A stretch of DNA of 62,735 nucleotides, counting the filler. It is 5 parts of 5 records of this genome, joined end to end, with 100 filler letters (N's around TTAATTAATTAA, not from the genome) between each part and the next. Parts side by side here need not be neighbours in the genome. Positions count along the whole stretch, not along the records: positions 17,673 to 39,893 come from SRR20825006_802; 4 more parts are not named here. One strand, written 5' to 3'. Below are positions 29,067 through 38,599 of this stretch, piece by piece. Every line of letters starts with the position of its first letter. Position 1 is the first letter of the stretch. The notes beneath the pieces were generated by a model. That model was not told the DNA's origin. It did no database searches and saw nothing but the letters and a program-made list of their open reading frames with translations. The translations under genes were made by a program, and so were the position numbers.

Positions 29067-30319
29067 TACCCGACGCCGAGCATGACCTGCTCTGCGCGGT
29101 GTGTGAGGCCATCGGTGCCGACATCGCCTTGCCAGGATTCGTAACCGAGCCACACCGAGAGCGGCCCTCTGGCGATGCTCGCGTCCAGCGCGAGCGTGTC
29201 GAGCCCGTTCGCGACAGGCATCCAACGCGCGTTGACGCCGAGCCCGTCCAGGGCGCCGATCACGTCGCCGAGTTGGAGGAGCAAGCCGGGGCCTGCCATC
29301 AGGGGCGCCGTGGTGTCTTCGAGGGTCTCGCCCTGAAAGATCACGCGGCGAATGCGCCAGCGCGTGCCAAACTCGAGGCCAACCTTGCGACCGGCGAACC
29401 AACCTTGCAACCCGGCGCCGACATCGAAACCGCGCAGCGCGAGTGATTCCTGATCATCGACCTGCCCGAGCGCGTTCGCCATGACACCTCGCGCCATCGC
29501 CATGCCGCCGATGGCGAACGCATCCGAGATGGCGCGCGTCGCCATGATGTCAGCCTGCACGCCATAACACACGGCGGCGTCCGTGGCGTTGGCCTCCTGC
29601 GAGGTGCCGCCATCGCGGACCAACCTGGCGAGGCAATAGCCTGCGGGGACGCCGATGTTTCCAGTGATAAAGAGGTTCTTCTCGGGCACTGAGGGGGTCG
29701 GATCAGGTTCGATGACGACGGTGGTGTCGTCCTTCTTCTTGCCGCCCAGTTTGATGGTGGTTTTGGTGGTCTCGGCTCCCACGATGACCGCTTGAATGGA
29801 GACGCTGGCGTCGGTCTCGGGGTTGCGCGCGTCGATCTCGTAGGTTCCGGGCGCGAACGTAGCGGGTTCGCCACACGAGAGCTTTCGGTCCTTGTTCGAG
29901 AGCTCGAGCCCGTCGGGCTCACACGCGATCACGAGCTCGCCATCGCACATCGTGCCGAGGTCTTTTCGGTAGGTCTCGGTCTGCGCTTGGATGAAGCCCT
30001 CGGGCAAACCCTCGACGCCGGGCGCAGAGAGCGCTCTGTCGAACTCCTCGACCGCCTTGTCACACTGATTGTCGAGTTGATAAGCGCGCCCGAGCGTCAG
30101 GTGCAACAGGTCGCCCTTCTCGCCGGTGACCATGGCGGCCTGCACGAGCGAGATCGCCTCCTTGGGTTTGGGAGGGTTCGCCTCGAGCAAACCGACGGCG
30201 CGGTTGTTGAGGTTGATCTGCTCCTCGGTGAGCTGGACGGTCTCCTGAGCCCAGAGATCGAGCGGCCAGGCGAGGCAGATCAAAAATGCAATGGAACTCG
30301 ACCTGAAACGATGACCCAT
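29051..30319 (-). CDS. secreted TPR + PEGA-like protein with probable C-terminal beta-barrel
   Basis: Signal peptide (LWA-Q), TPR LTLGRAYQL..C.KAVEEF, FAPGTYEI, amphipathic strands ending LGVGYHW. Confidence 0.6.
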   Translation of the reverse strand: MGHRFRSSSIAFLICLAWPLDLWAQETVQLTEEQINLNNRAVGLLEANPPKPKEAISLVQAAMVTGEKGDLLHLTLGRAYQLDNQCDKAVEEFDRALSAPGVEGLPEGFIQAQTETYRKDLGTMCDGELVIACEPDGLELSNKDRKLSCGEPATFAPGTYEIDARNPETDASVSIQAVIVGAETTKTTIKLGGKKKDDTTVVIEPDPTPSVPEKNLFITGNIGVPAGYCLARLVRDGGTSQEANATDAAVCYGVQADIMATRAISDAFAIGGMAMARGVMANALGQVDDQESLALRGFDVGAGLQGWFAGRKVGLEFGTRWRIRRVIFQGETLEDTTAPLMAGPGLLLQLGDVIGALDGLGVNARWMPVANGLDTLALDASIARGPLSVWLGYESWQGDVGTDGLTHRAEQVMLGVGYHWGD

Positions 30320-30350
30320 CCGAGGTCTCCTGCTGGCATGGGGCGCGAAA

Positions 30351-32393
30351 TTACTTGGGAAGCACGATACCGTTGCTCTTTTTCTTGTCAGGTTTCTTCT
30401 GACCAGGCAAGACGAGCTTGGGCGCGGTTTTCTTCTCGACTTCTTCAGCAGGTGACGTGGTTTCTTTGGGGGGTTGCCTGGTCGTCGACTTCGCGACCTC
30501 CGAAGACGCCTTGCTGCTGGTGTTTTTGCGAGTGGTTTTGTCATCCGCTTTCGCGCTCGGGCGAGTCCTGGTCCTGGATTTGACGAGGGCGCGGGTCACG
30601 ATAGCTGGACCCTGCGCCGAGATATCGAGCGCGAGATCCTCGTAGCCTTCGTGGCGCACGAGGAGCGCGCGCTCCTCGGACTCCTTGCTCTCGAACTCCA
30701 CCGGATAGGGCGTCTTACCGAGCAGCGTCTCGCCATCATAAACGCTCGCTCCCTCGGGAACCGTCGCGATCTGAACGATGACAACGGGTTTCTTCTCGGC
30801 GGCCTCCTTAGCGGGTGTGGTTTCCGCTGGTGGCGAGGTCTCTTTCGCCGGAGTGGTTTCGCCGCTCTTTGCCGCGAGCGAACCTGGGTCGACGTTCTCT
30901 GGCGCCTTGCCCCCGCTCTGGTTATTCGCGAGCGTCACGGCCACGCCGCCAGCCACCACGATCATCAGCAGCAAGGCCGCCAACAACCCCATGATCTTCT
31001 TGTTATTCGAGGGAGGGTCAGGTTCGAAGAAGTCGACCTCGTGCATGACCCCGGTCTGCGAGCGGGGCACCATCGCGCGTTGCCGCGAGGTGTCGCTGAC
31101 CTCAGCGGTCGGCGGCGGGTCGCTCTCCTCGATATCCTCGTCGAACTCCTCATCGATGTCGAACTCATCAGACGCGGCGGCTTCGCGCTCTGCGCGGTGG
31201 CGGAGCAGATCCTCACGCTCCTCGATGATGTCGCTAGCCTCGCTCAGATCCGAGACGACCTGTTGCTCGATGAACTTCGTCGAGCGGCCCTTTTGCGCGA
31301 CCGTGTCTTCGAAGGCAAACGAGTCGAGGTCTCCCTCGAGCTCCGCCTCGGCATGCCAGGACATGGCCGCCTCGGACTCGTCATCGCCAAGTCCCGTGTC
31401 GATGTCCATCAGCGCGGCGACGCCGGGTATGGTGGACCTGGGTTTTGACGGAGGCATTGTCACATCCGACGGAGGGGGCGTCTGGCGAGTGGCCTTGCTG
31501 TGCGCGCCCCCCACAGATGCGATGGTAGAGACGTTGACCTCGGAGAGCGCCTCGGCGAACTCCATCGCGTTCTGGTAACGCACGTCAGGGTCCTGCGAGA
31601 TGGCGCGCTCGATGATCGCGCCGAGCCTGGTGCCAGCGATCCCCTTTGGCAGCCCCTTGGTCCTGTTGAGGTGCATCAACAGGTTGGCCATCGCGTCCTC
31701 GTGGAACAGGAACGGCTGGCCCGTCAAACACTCGAGCAGGATCAACCCCATCTGGTACACATCGACCGCGGCCGAGACCTTTTGCTCGGTGATGTACTCG
31801 GGCGCCATATACGCGGGGGTGCCAAAGAACTCGCCATTCTTGGTCACGCGGCGGCTGTTGTTTCGACCGATGTGCGCGATGCCAAAGTCCACCACGCAGA
31901 AGGACTCGCGGATGGTGCCAGGGTAACGGTAGAAGATGTTGTCTGGCTTGAGGTCCTTGTGGACGATGCCTGCTTCGTGCGCGAAGCCGAGGCCGACCAG
32001 AAGATCCTGGTAGAGCGGGAGGAGCTTTTGGGGATCGAGCGAGCCGTGCTTCTCGATGTAATCCTGCAAGGAACAACCGCGCAAAAACTCCATCACGATG
32101 AAGGGCTCGTCGACGCCAGCGATCTCGCCGACGTCGTAGATCTTGACGATGCTCCCGTGATCGACCGTCGCGGCGAGCCTTGCTTCCCTCTCGAAGCGCT
32201 CGAGCACGTCCTTTTCGCGGTCGTCGCCACCTCCGAGCAACGCCCCGTGGAGGACCTTGATGGCAACCTGGCGATCGAGGTTCAGATCACGACCCTCGAA
32301 CACCATCGCGAAGCCCCCCTCACCGACCTTCTTCACGATCTCGAAGCGGTCATTGATGACAAATCCCGCTTTGATACGCTGCGTGCTCTTCAT
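30351..32393 (-). CDS. Hanks-type Ser/Thr protein kinase with TM and PEGA domain
   Basis: GEGGFAMV, VAIK, HKDLKPDN, DFG, GTPAYMAPE; TM; TVPEGASVYDG..LGKTP. Confidence 0.92.
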   Translation of the reverse strand: MKSTQRIKAGFVINDRFEIVKKVGEGGFAMVFEGRDLNLDRQVAIKVLHGALLGGGDDREKDVLERFEREARLAATVDHGSIVKIYDVGEIAGVDEPFIVMEFLRGCSLQDYIEKHGSLDPQKLLPLYQDLLVGLGFAHEAGIVHKDLKPDNIFYRYPGTIRESFCVVDFGIAHIGRNNSRRVTKNGEFFGTPAYMAPEYITEQKVSAAVDVYQMGLILLECLTGQPFLFHEDAMANLLMHLNRTKGLPKGIAGTRLGAIIERAISQDPDVRYQNAMEFAEALSEVNVSTIASVGGAHSKATRQTPPPSDVTMPPSKPRSTIPGVAALMDIDTGLGDDESEAAMSWHAEAELEGDLDSFAFEDTVAQKGRSTKFIEQQVVSDLSEASDIIEEREDLLRHRAEREAAASDEFDIDEEFDEDIEESDPPPTAEVSDTSRQRAMVPRSQTGVMHEVDFFEPDPPSNNKKIMGLLAALLLMIVVAGGVAVTLANNQSGGKAPENVDPGSLAAKSGETTPAKETSPPAETTPAKEAAEKKPVVIVQIATVPEGASVYDGETLLGKTPYPVEFESKESEERALLVRHEGYEDLALDISAQGPAIVTRALVKSRTRTRPSAKADDKTTRKNTSSKASSEVAKSTTRQPPKETTSPAEEVEKKTAPKLVLPGQKKPDKKKSNGIVLPK

Positions 32394-32665
32394 CTATCTT
32401 CTCGACTCCTTGTCCCTGACAATGGAGGTGCCCTTGTACCACCCTCATAGTCCGAGCACCACTGCGGACATACCTCATTCCAACTTCAGGGAAATGGCGC
32501 GAGCTGGAGGACAAAATCATCCTCCGAATAATAAGATTCAGGCTCGTGGCGAACCGTCCACGGCTTGTTCGGGTAAAGCGTGTAGTCGCCCTCTCCAGCG
32601 CCTGGGTTTAGGAGTTGGTGCTCCAGACAGTTGGCAGGCCCGAACACGAGGCCTGGAGGGGTAGC

Positions 32666-34414
32666 TCAGGGGTAGCTCAGGCGCAGGATGAAGTTGAGCT
32701 CGGAGTAGTGAGAACCCTCGACGAACACCTCGTTGCACGAGCGGATGGTGGGGAGCGCCGCGCGGCGTGGACCGATCGTCCCCGGAGAGCCATCACCGAG
32801 GAGCGTCACCTTCGCGCCTCCTTGTGGAGGCGTGGCGCCACCGACCGGACATTCGCCGTAAAGCAGGAACGTGTCATCGACCTGAAAACCGGTCCCTGTG
32901 AGATCGATCACGCCCTTTCCTGGGTAGTTTCCGTTGCAGCAGAACTGCGAGCGAGAGGAGACGATCCCATATTTGACCGAGGATTGATCGTTGAGATCCT
33001 GCTCGATAAGCGTCGTCTCGGCGTAGCTGTCATCGACGACGTTGACCTCGAAGGTGCGAGGATCGATGCGAAGCTTCGTATACCTCGTCTCCTTGCGCAC
33101 AGGGTTGGTGTCATCCCCGCCCTCCTGCATCAGGTTGCTCTCGCCGGTGACCTCGACCAGCTCGAGGTACTCCTTCGGGCCGGCGGCTCGCCCCGTCTTC
33201 AAGAACCTCTTCTCGGTCATGGCGGTGAGCCCCTCACAGGTCGCGTTCCAGGGCTTCCCAGGATCACGATCGGCGTAGAGCGTGTAATCGCCATCCTCTC
33301 TGGAGAAGTCCGCGAACTTGAGCTCGAGGCACGTCCTGGGGACCTCGGAAGGATCGGTGCTCGACCCGACGTAGGCGAGCTGCATGAAGGGCTCGACGCC
33401 AGCCTGCCCTTCGACCACGTCGCCCCCCTCGCACTGGCTCCCCTGGCGCGCCGCGTAGGACTCGGGGCCGACCATCGCACACTCGCTCGCGGTGGGGCTA
33501 CCGCCGTTGATCTCGACCTCTTGCACGACCCCATCGACCTCGGCATCGAAGGGCTCGGCGCACTCGCCAGCGGCGACAAAGCGGTCCGCGATCTTGAACG
33601 GCGTGTGCGTGAGGTCGATGACGCTGCTGGCGTCCTGCCACTGGAGCGCGTCCTGGATCTGCTTCGAGCAGGACTCGGCGGTCCCGAACGGCACGCGCTT
33701 GCCAGAGTTCTCGATCTCGACGTCGTAGTATTCGGTGCTCGAGAAGGTGAAGTCTTCGAGATCGACGCGCAACGTCAACGGATCGACGCGCACCATCCAG
33801 AAGGTCGTGACCGCCATCGTGACCGCCTCGAAGTTCCCGCTCCCCGAGCTGGTCTCTCGGATATCGACGTACTCGAAGCGGTTCGAGCTCTCGCTGTTGA
33901 CGCCAAGAGGAAGGTAGGTCCCTGGCGTGGGCGTGTTCATGTCCACGCAGATCGCGCGCCACGGCTTCTGCGGATCGTTTTGCGCGTAGAGGGTGTAGAA
34001 GCCATCATCCTGTGTGAGCGCGAGCGATCTGACCTGCTCGCACGATGCAGGCGTCTGCGTGCAGCTCGCCTCGCCCATCGCGTCACTGCACACGCCCATC
34101 CCCGTACAATTGATGCCCGAGGCTTCGCACGTCGGCATGCAGGTGCCGTCGCCATCATTATCCTGCTCGTCAGCGCCGCACGGCCCCGACGCCATATCCG
34201 ATGGCGGCGTGGACATGTCCGATGGCGCGCTCATATCACCGTCGCTTTCCATATCCTCTGGAGGGAGCGTGACGACGCCCTGATCCATATCCGAGGAGGA
34301 GATCACATCGCGCCCCTCGGCGTCGGTGTTGGTCTTTAGCAAACATCCACTGCCGAGGATCGACAGGGCACAGAGAGGAAGGATATATGCGGCGGAGCGG
34401 CGAATGATAAACAT
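32666..34414 (-). CDS. lipoprotein with two tandem GON-like domains
   Basis: LGSG-C lipobox, DM linker, EGF-like Cys stretch, twice SC..DG.YTLY..DP.KPW.A.C..YL.L..R.DP.T..V..IDLT.T.F. Confidence 0.7.
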   Translation of the reverse strand: MFIIRRSAAYILPLCALSILGSGCLLKTNTDAEGRDVISSSDMDQGVVTLPPEDMESDGDMSAPSDMSTPPSDMASGPCGADEQDNDGDGTCMPTCEASGINCTGMGVCSDAMGEASCTQTPASCEQVRSLALTQDDGFYTLYAQNDPQKPWRAICVDMNTPTPGTYLPLGVNSESSNRFEYVDIRETSSGSGNFEAVTMAVTTFWMVRVDPLTLRVDLEDFTFSSTEYYDVEIENSGKRVPFGTAESCSKQIQDALQWQDASSVIDLTHTPFKIADRFVAAGECAEPFDAEVDGVVQEVEINGGSPTASECAMVGPESYAARQGSQCEGGDVVEGQAGVEPFMQLAYVGSSTDPSEVPRTCLELKFADFSREDGDYTLYADRDPGKPWNATCEGLTAMTEKRFLKTGRAAGPKEYLELVEVTGESNLMQEGGDDTNPVRKETRYTKLRIDPRTFEVNVVDDSYAETTLIEQDLNDQSSVKYGIVSSRSQFCCNGNYPGKGVIDLTGTGFQVDDTFLLYGECPVGGATPPQGGAKVTLLGDGSPGTIGPRRAALPTIRSCNEVFVEGSHYSELNFILRLSYP

Positions 34415-34571
34415 GGCTGACTCGAGGTCATGGGTTCTCCCGCGCGTGATACAGGTAAGGCTGACGGGAGGATATCGAGAGCTTTCTCGACCCGAGTCTA
34501 CAATCGCCAACTCACCGGAGCAAGCTGGCAAGTTCGCGCCAGCCACGCTCCGATGAGCTGGACGTCAGCGG

Positions 34572-35282
34572 TCACCAGGGGAGCGTCGATCCGTTCCAGT
34601 TCATGAACGCGCCGCTGGTCTCATCGGTCGCATTATGCAGCACCGAGAGCATCCCCGAGACGCTCTTCTCTGTGGTGATCTTGGCGTTGGGGCCGCCCAT
34701 ATCGGTCTGCACCCAGCCGGGGTGAATCACGAACGCGATGACGCCGTCGCCGCGCGTGTCATTGGCGAGCGAGCGCGTCCCCATGTTGAGCGCCGTCTTG
34801 GACATGCGATAGGCGTAAGAGCCGCCCGAGCCGTTGTCATCGATGGAGCCCATCTGCGAGGTGACGTTCATGATGAGCTTGCCCTTGCTGCGCTTGACGT
34901 TTGGCAAGAGCGCCTCGGAGAGACGCAGCGGCGCGATGGTGTTGACCTCGAAGCCTTTGCGCGCGGTATCCCAGTCGATGGAACCGAGCGAGCCGGAGCG
35001 AGGATAGATCCCCGCGTTGTTGATCAAGGCGTCGATATCGAGGTTGGCGATCTCCTCGACGAACGCATCCACGCTCGCCGCATCCGCGATATCGAGCTGC
35101 ATGATCCGCACGCGCTGCTCGCTGACTGCGGCGATCGCCTGCAGCTCGCTCGCGCCATCTGGATCGCGCGCGGTGGCGATGATGTGCTTGCCATCTTCGG
35201 CGAGCTGCTTGACGAATTCGAGGCCGATGCCTCGGTTGGCGCCGGTGACGACATACTGGGTGTAGGATCTGACGCGAGCCAT
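34572..35282 (-). CDS. SDR oxidoreductase, CsgA/C-factor-like subfamily
   Basis: TGANRGIG, INNAG, SQMGSI, YRMSKTALN, HPGWVQTDMGG. Confidence 0.85.
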   Translation of the reverse strand: MARVRSYTQYVVTGANRGIGLEFVKQLAEDGKHIIATARDPDGASELQAIAAVSEQRVRIMQLDIADAASVDAFVEEIANLDIDALINNAGIYPRSGSLGSIDWDTARKGFEVNTIAPLRLSEALLPNVKRSKGKLIMNVTSQMGSIDDNGSGGSYAYRMSKTALNMGTRSLANDTRGDGVIAFVIHPGWVQTDMGGPNAKITTEKSVSGMLSVLHNATDETSGAFMNWNGSTLPW

Positions 35283-35455
35283 GGGTGCTCCTTCCCTTTG
35301 ATAGAGAACGCGGTGATGAGTGGTGACACAGGGAGGTTAGGCACTCGCTTCACTGAAGCAAGCCGGGGGCGGGTATGCGCTTCACACACATCTGGAAATG
35401 ACGTACAAGAGTCAGACCCTGACAATCGGACTTTGCCAAAGAGCAAGCGGCCAAG

Positions 35456-38400
35456 ATGAGCGTCGAACAGAGCAACGTCATATTCTGCCCCCATTGTGGT
35501 GCGTCGAACGCTCCTGGCGCCTCTTCTTGCGATCGTTGCCAGGGGCAACTCCCGACGAGCTCCGGGCCAAAGATCACGCGCGAGGAAGAGCGCCCGAGCA
35601 TCGACGACCTTATCAACGCAGGACAACAGGCGGGGCTGGTCGAGGAGACCGAGGTCAAGAAGACGCGCCAGGAGATCATGAAGCTGCGCGACGCGATGGC
35701 CGAGGATGTCACTGAAGAGCACCGGATGGTCTCGCCAGCGTCGAAGTCCGTCGAGCTGACCGCCGCCAGCGATGACTCTCACCACGAGCTGCCCGCCCCA
35801 TCAGAGGCCGAGCGCATCCCCGATGACGCGCGCAGGTTGCGCTTTGGCTACAGCGAGGACAACGACATCGTCGTCCCGCGCAACACCATCTCGCGCCACC
35901 ACGCCGTGCTCGCCTACTCGCCATCCACGGGCGACTACTACTTCAAGGATCTCAACTCCACCAACGGCATCTCTATCAATGGCCGCGACGTCTCCTGCGC
36001 CATCGCCAGGCCAGGAGATGTCCTCGGGTTGGGGAGCTACGCGTTCAAGCTCGACAAGGAGCTCACGCAGCGGCTGACCGAACACGCCATGGACGCGCGC
36101 CCCACGCAGGCGATGGAGGCGGTCGTTGGACCGAGCGGCCCGGAGATCGTGATCATCGGCCGCGATCCAGAAGCAGACATCATCCTCGACGCGCCTCAGA
36201 TCTCTCGCCAGCACGTGCGCCTCACGCGCACCGAATATGGCTGGCTCGTCGAGGATCTCGGGAGTGCCAACGGCACCTTCCTCAACGAGCGCCACTCTCA
36301 GCAGATCGACAAGGTCGAGGCAAAGGAGCAGGACGTCATCTACATGGGGAGTTATCGCTTCCCACTGAGCCGACTGCGCGACTTTTTGGGGAACAAGGAT
36401 GACATGACCTCGAGCGGCAAGCTGGCGATGCCGCTCGACAAGAAGATCATCACCATCGGCCGCGGCTCGGACAATGACATCGTCCTCGACGCGCCGCAGG
36501 TCTCGCGCCATCACGCGCGCATCATCCGCAAGGAGAAGACCTTCTTCGTCGAGGATCTCGCCAGCGCCAACGGCACCTTCGTCAACGGCAAACGCGTCGG
36601 GCGCGCCGAGATCTCGAGCGATGACACCCTGAGCTTTGGCACCTACGCGGTGCGCATCGATCTGGCGCGCGGCGCGCTGCAAAAGAGCTACCGTGGCGAC
36701 ATCCTGCTGCAAGCCGAGAACATCCGCGTCGACGTCAAGAACGAGGGCCGCGTCAAGCGCTTGCTCGACGGGATCTCATTCACCGCCTACCCCACCGAGT
36801 TCGTCGGCCTGATGGGTCCCTCGGGCGCGGGCAAGACGACCTTGCTGATGTCGATGATCGGCTACCTCTCGCCAACCTACGGGCGCACCACGCTCAACGG
36901 CGATGATCTGGCCACACACTATGATCGCTACCGAGGCGCCATCGGTTACGTCCCACAAGAGGACATCATCCACGGCGAACTCAGCGTCTACGAGGCGCTC
37001 TACTACACGGCCAAGCTGCGCCTGCCACAGGACACCAGTGATATCGAGATCGACCGCCGCATCCAGGAGGTCCTGCTCGATCTGGAGATCGCGGACACGG
37101 CGGATGTGCGCATCGGCTCGCCAGAGAGAAAGGGGATCTCTGGAGGTCAGCGAAAGAGGGTCAACCTCGCGCTGGAGTTATTGACGGAGCCGAGCCTGCT
37201 CTGCCTCGACGAGCCGACCTCGGGCCTCGCCAGCGAGGACGCCGCCAACGTGATGCGGCTCTTGCGAAAGCTCGCCGACCAGGGCCGAACGATCCTCTTG
37301 ACTATCCACCAGCCCTCGCTGCAGGTCTATCGACAGCTCGACAACGTGCTCTATCTGGCGGACGGCGAGGAGGTCTATTATGGACCGGCCTACCCCGACT
37401 CGATGCTCTATTTTCACCCGGAGATGCGACCCGGTTCTCCAGAGGCCGAGGAGATCCTCGCCGATCCAGGATCGTGTCTGCGTCCGCTGGTCGACGCCAA
37501 GCGCGCTGGCGAGCCGATGGAGACCTTCGCCGCGCGCTATCGGCAGTCGCACTACCACAAGGAGTACGTCGAGGAGCGGCGCAAGAACCAGTCCGATGTG
37601 AACCTGACTGGAAACAGCGAGCGCAAGGCGCCAAGTTTCAAGCTGCATCAGCTGCTGGTGCTCGGTCGCCGCTATATGACGATCAAGCTCAAGGATCGGC
37701 TGGGTACGGCGATCCTGTTGGTGCAGGCGCCAGTGATCGCGACGTTTATCGCGCTCGTGTTCTCGGGGCAGGAGCTCGGCACGCCGAACCGCATGGAGTT
37801 CATGCCCTTCGCGCTGTTCCTGCTGATCATCTCGGCGATCTGGTTCGGTTGCTCGAACGCGGCGCGCGAGATCGTCGCAGAGCAGGCCATCTACAAGCGC
37901 GAGCGCATGGTGAACCTCTCGATCCCGGCGTATGTGGGGTCGAAGTTTGCCATCCTCGCGGGCTTCTCGTTCGTGCAGTGCGTGACGTTGCTCGGCATCG
38001 CCTATGTGGCGCTCGATATGGTGGGGAGCCCGCTGGTGCACCTGTTGGTGTTGTGGGGTTGCGCGCTGGCGGGGACGGGGATGGGGCTGACGCTCTCGGC
38101 GCTGGTGCGCACGACCCCTGCAGCGCTCGCGCTCGTGCCGATGTTGCTGATCCCGCAAGTGATCCTTGGCGGCGCGATCATGCCGATCGAGCGAATGGAG
38201 ACGCCTGCCTGGCTGCTCTCACAGACGACCATCAGCCGTTGGGGCTTTGAAGGGATGCTCCAGATCGAGAACATCTGGGACGCCTATGAACTCAGCGCGG
38301 ACGAGATGCCAGAACCACTGGGGCCAGGGCTCCCAGCGCCGCCTCCACCGCCAAACCCGATCGATCGCTTTATCGGAGACTCGGAGACCTTGCTCGTCGT

Positions 38401-38488
38401 CGACCTCGGCGCGCTCGGCGGGTTCACCTTCCTGTTCCTGATGAGCACCGGGCTCACGCTCTGGAGCAGAGAGCGCTTCGGTCAATAA
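35456..38488 (+). CDS. FHA-domain ABC transporter (zinc ribbon + 3 FHA + ATPase + ABC-2 permease; Rv1747-like)
   Basis: CPHCG..CDRC; three SRxH / S.NG(T) FHA units; GPSGAGKT, ISGGQRKR, LDEPTSGL; REIVAEQAIYKRER. Confidence 0.9.
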   Translation: MSVEQSNVIFCPHCGASNAPGASSCDRCQGQLPTSSGPKITREEERPSIDDLINAGQQAGLVEETEVKKTRQEIMKLRDAMAEDVTEEHRMVSPASKSVELTAASDDSHHELPAPSEAERIPDDARRLRFGYSEDNDIVVPRNTISRHHAVLAYSPSTGDYYFKDLNSTNGISINGRDVSCAIARPGDVLGLGSYAFKLDKELTQRLTEHAMDARPTQAMEAVVGPSGPEIVIIGRDPEADIILDAPQISRQHVRLTRTEYGWLVEDLGSANGTFLNERHSQQIDKVEAKEQDVIYMGSYRFPLSRLRDFLGNKDDMTSSGKLAMPLDKKIITIGRGSDNDIVLDAPQVSRHHARIIRKEKTFFVEDLASANGTFVNGKRVGRAEISSDDTLSFGTYAVRIDLARGALQKSYRGDILLQAENIRVDVKNEGRVKRLLDGISFTAYPTEFVGLMGPSGAGKTTLLMSMIGYLSPTYGRTTLNGDDLATHYDRYRGAIGYVPQEDIIHGELSVYEALYYTAKLRLPQDTSDIEIDRRIQEVLLDLEIADTADVRIGSPERKGISGGQRKRVNLALELLTEPSLLCLDEPTSGLASEDAANVMRLLRKLADQGRTILLTIHQPSLQVYRQLDNVLYLADGEEVYYGPAYPDSMLYFHPEMRPGSPEAEEILADPGSCLRPLVDAKRAGEPMETFAARYRQSHYHKEYVEERRKNQSDVNLTGNSERKAPSFKLHQLLVLGRRYMTIKLKDRLGTAILLVQAPVIATFIALVFSGQELGTPNRMEFMPFALFLLIISAIWFGCSNAAREIVAEQAIYKRERMVNLSIPAYVGSKFAILAGFSFVQCVTLLGIAYVALDMVGSPLVHLLVLWGCALAGTGMGLTLSALVRTTPAALALVPMLLIPQVILGGAIMPIERMETPAWLLSQTTISRWGFEGMLQIENIWDAYELSADEMPEPLGPGLPAPPPPPNPIDRFIGDSETLLVVDLGALGGFTFLFLMSTGLTLWSRERFGQ

Positions 38489-38506
38489 AACAACACCTTA
38501 CAACAA

Positions 38507-38583
38507 GCCAAGAAGCGGCGAGGGGCGATGCGTCAGCATCGCCCCTCGCCGCTTCTTGGCGGTGATTTTTTGGAAAAAATCAC
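38507..38583. terminator. double hairpin between convergent genes (terminator or REP-like)
   Basis: Perfect 25-bp stem at 38507-38560 (loop GTCA), then GTGATTTTTT-GG-AAAAAATCAC at 38562-38583. Confidence 0.7.
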
Positions 38584-38599
38584 TCGCGTGCGCTCGGCA

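Noticed and set aside
32659-32680. 11-bp tandem duplication GGGTAGCTCAG at the GON gene stop, superficially like a tRNA 5' end
   Set aside because: No cloverleaf or T-arm follows; probably a local slippage duplication.
34572-35282. CsgA-like SDR as evidence of C-signalling or fruiting development
   Set aside because: This SDR subfamily is widespread, so sequence alone cannot support a developmental role.
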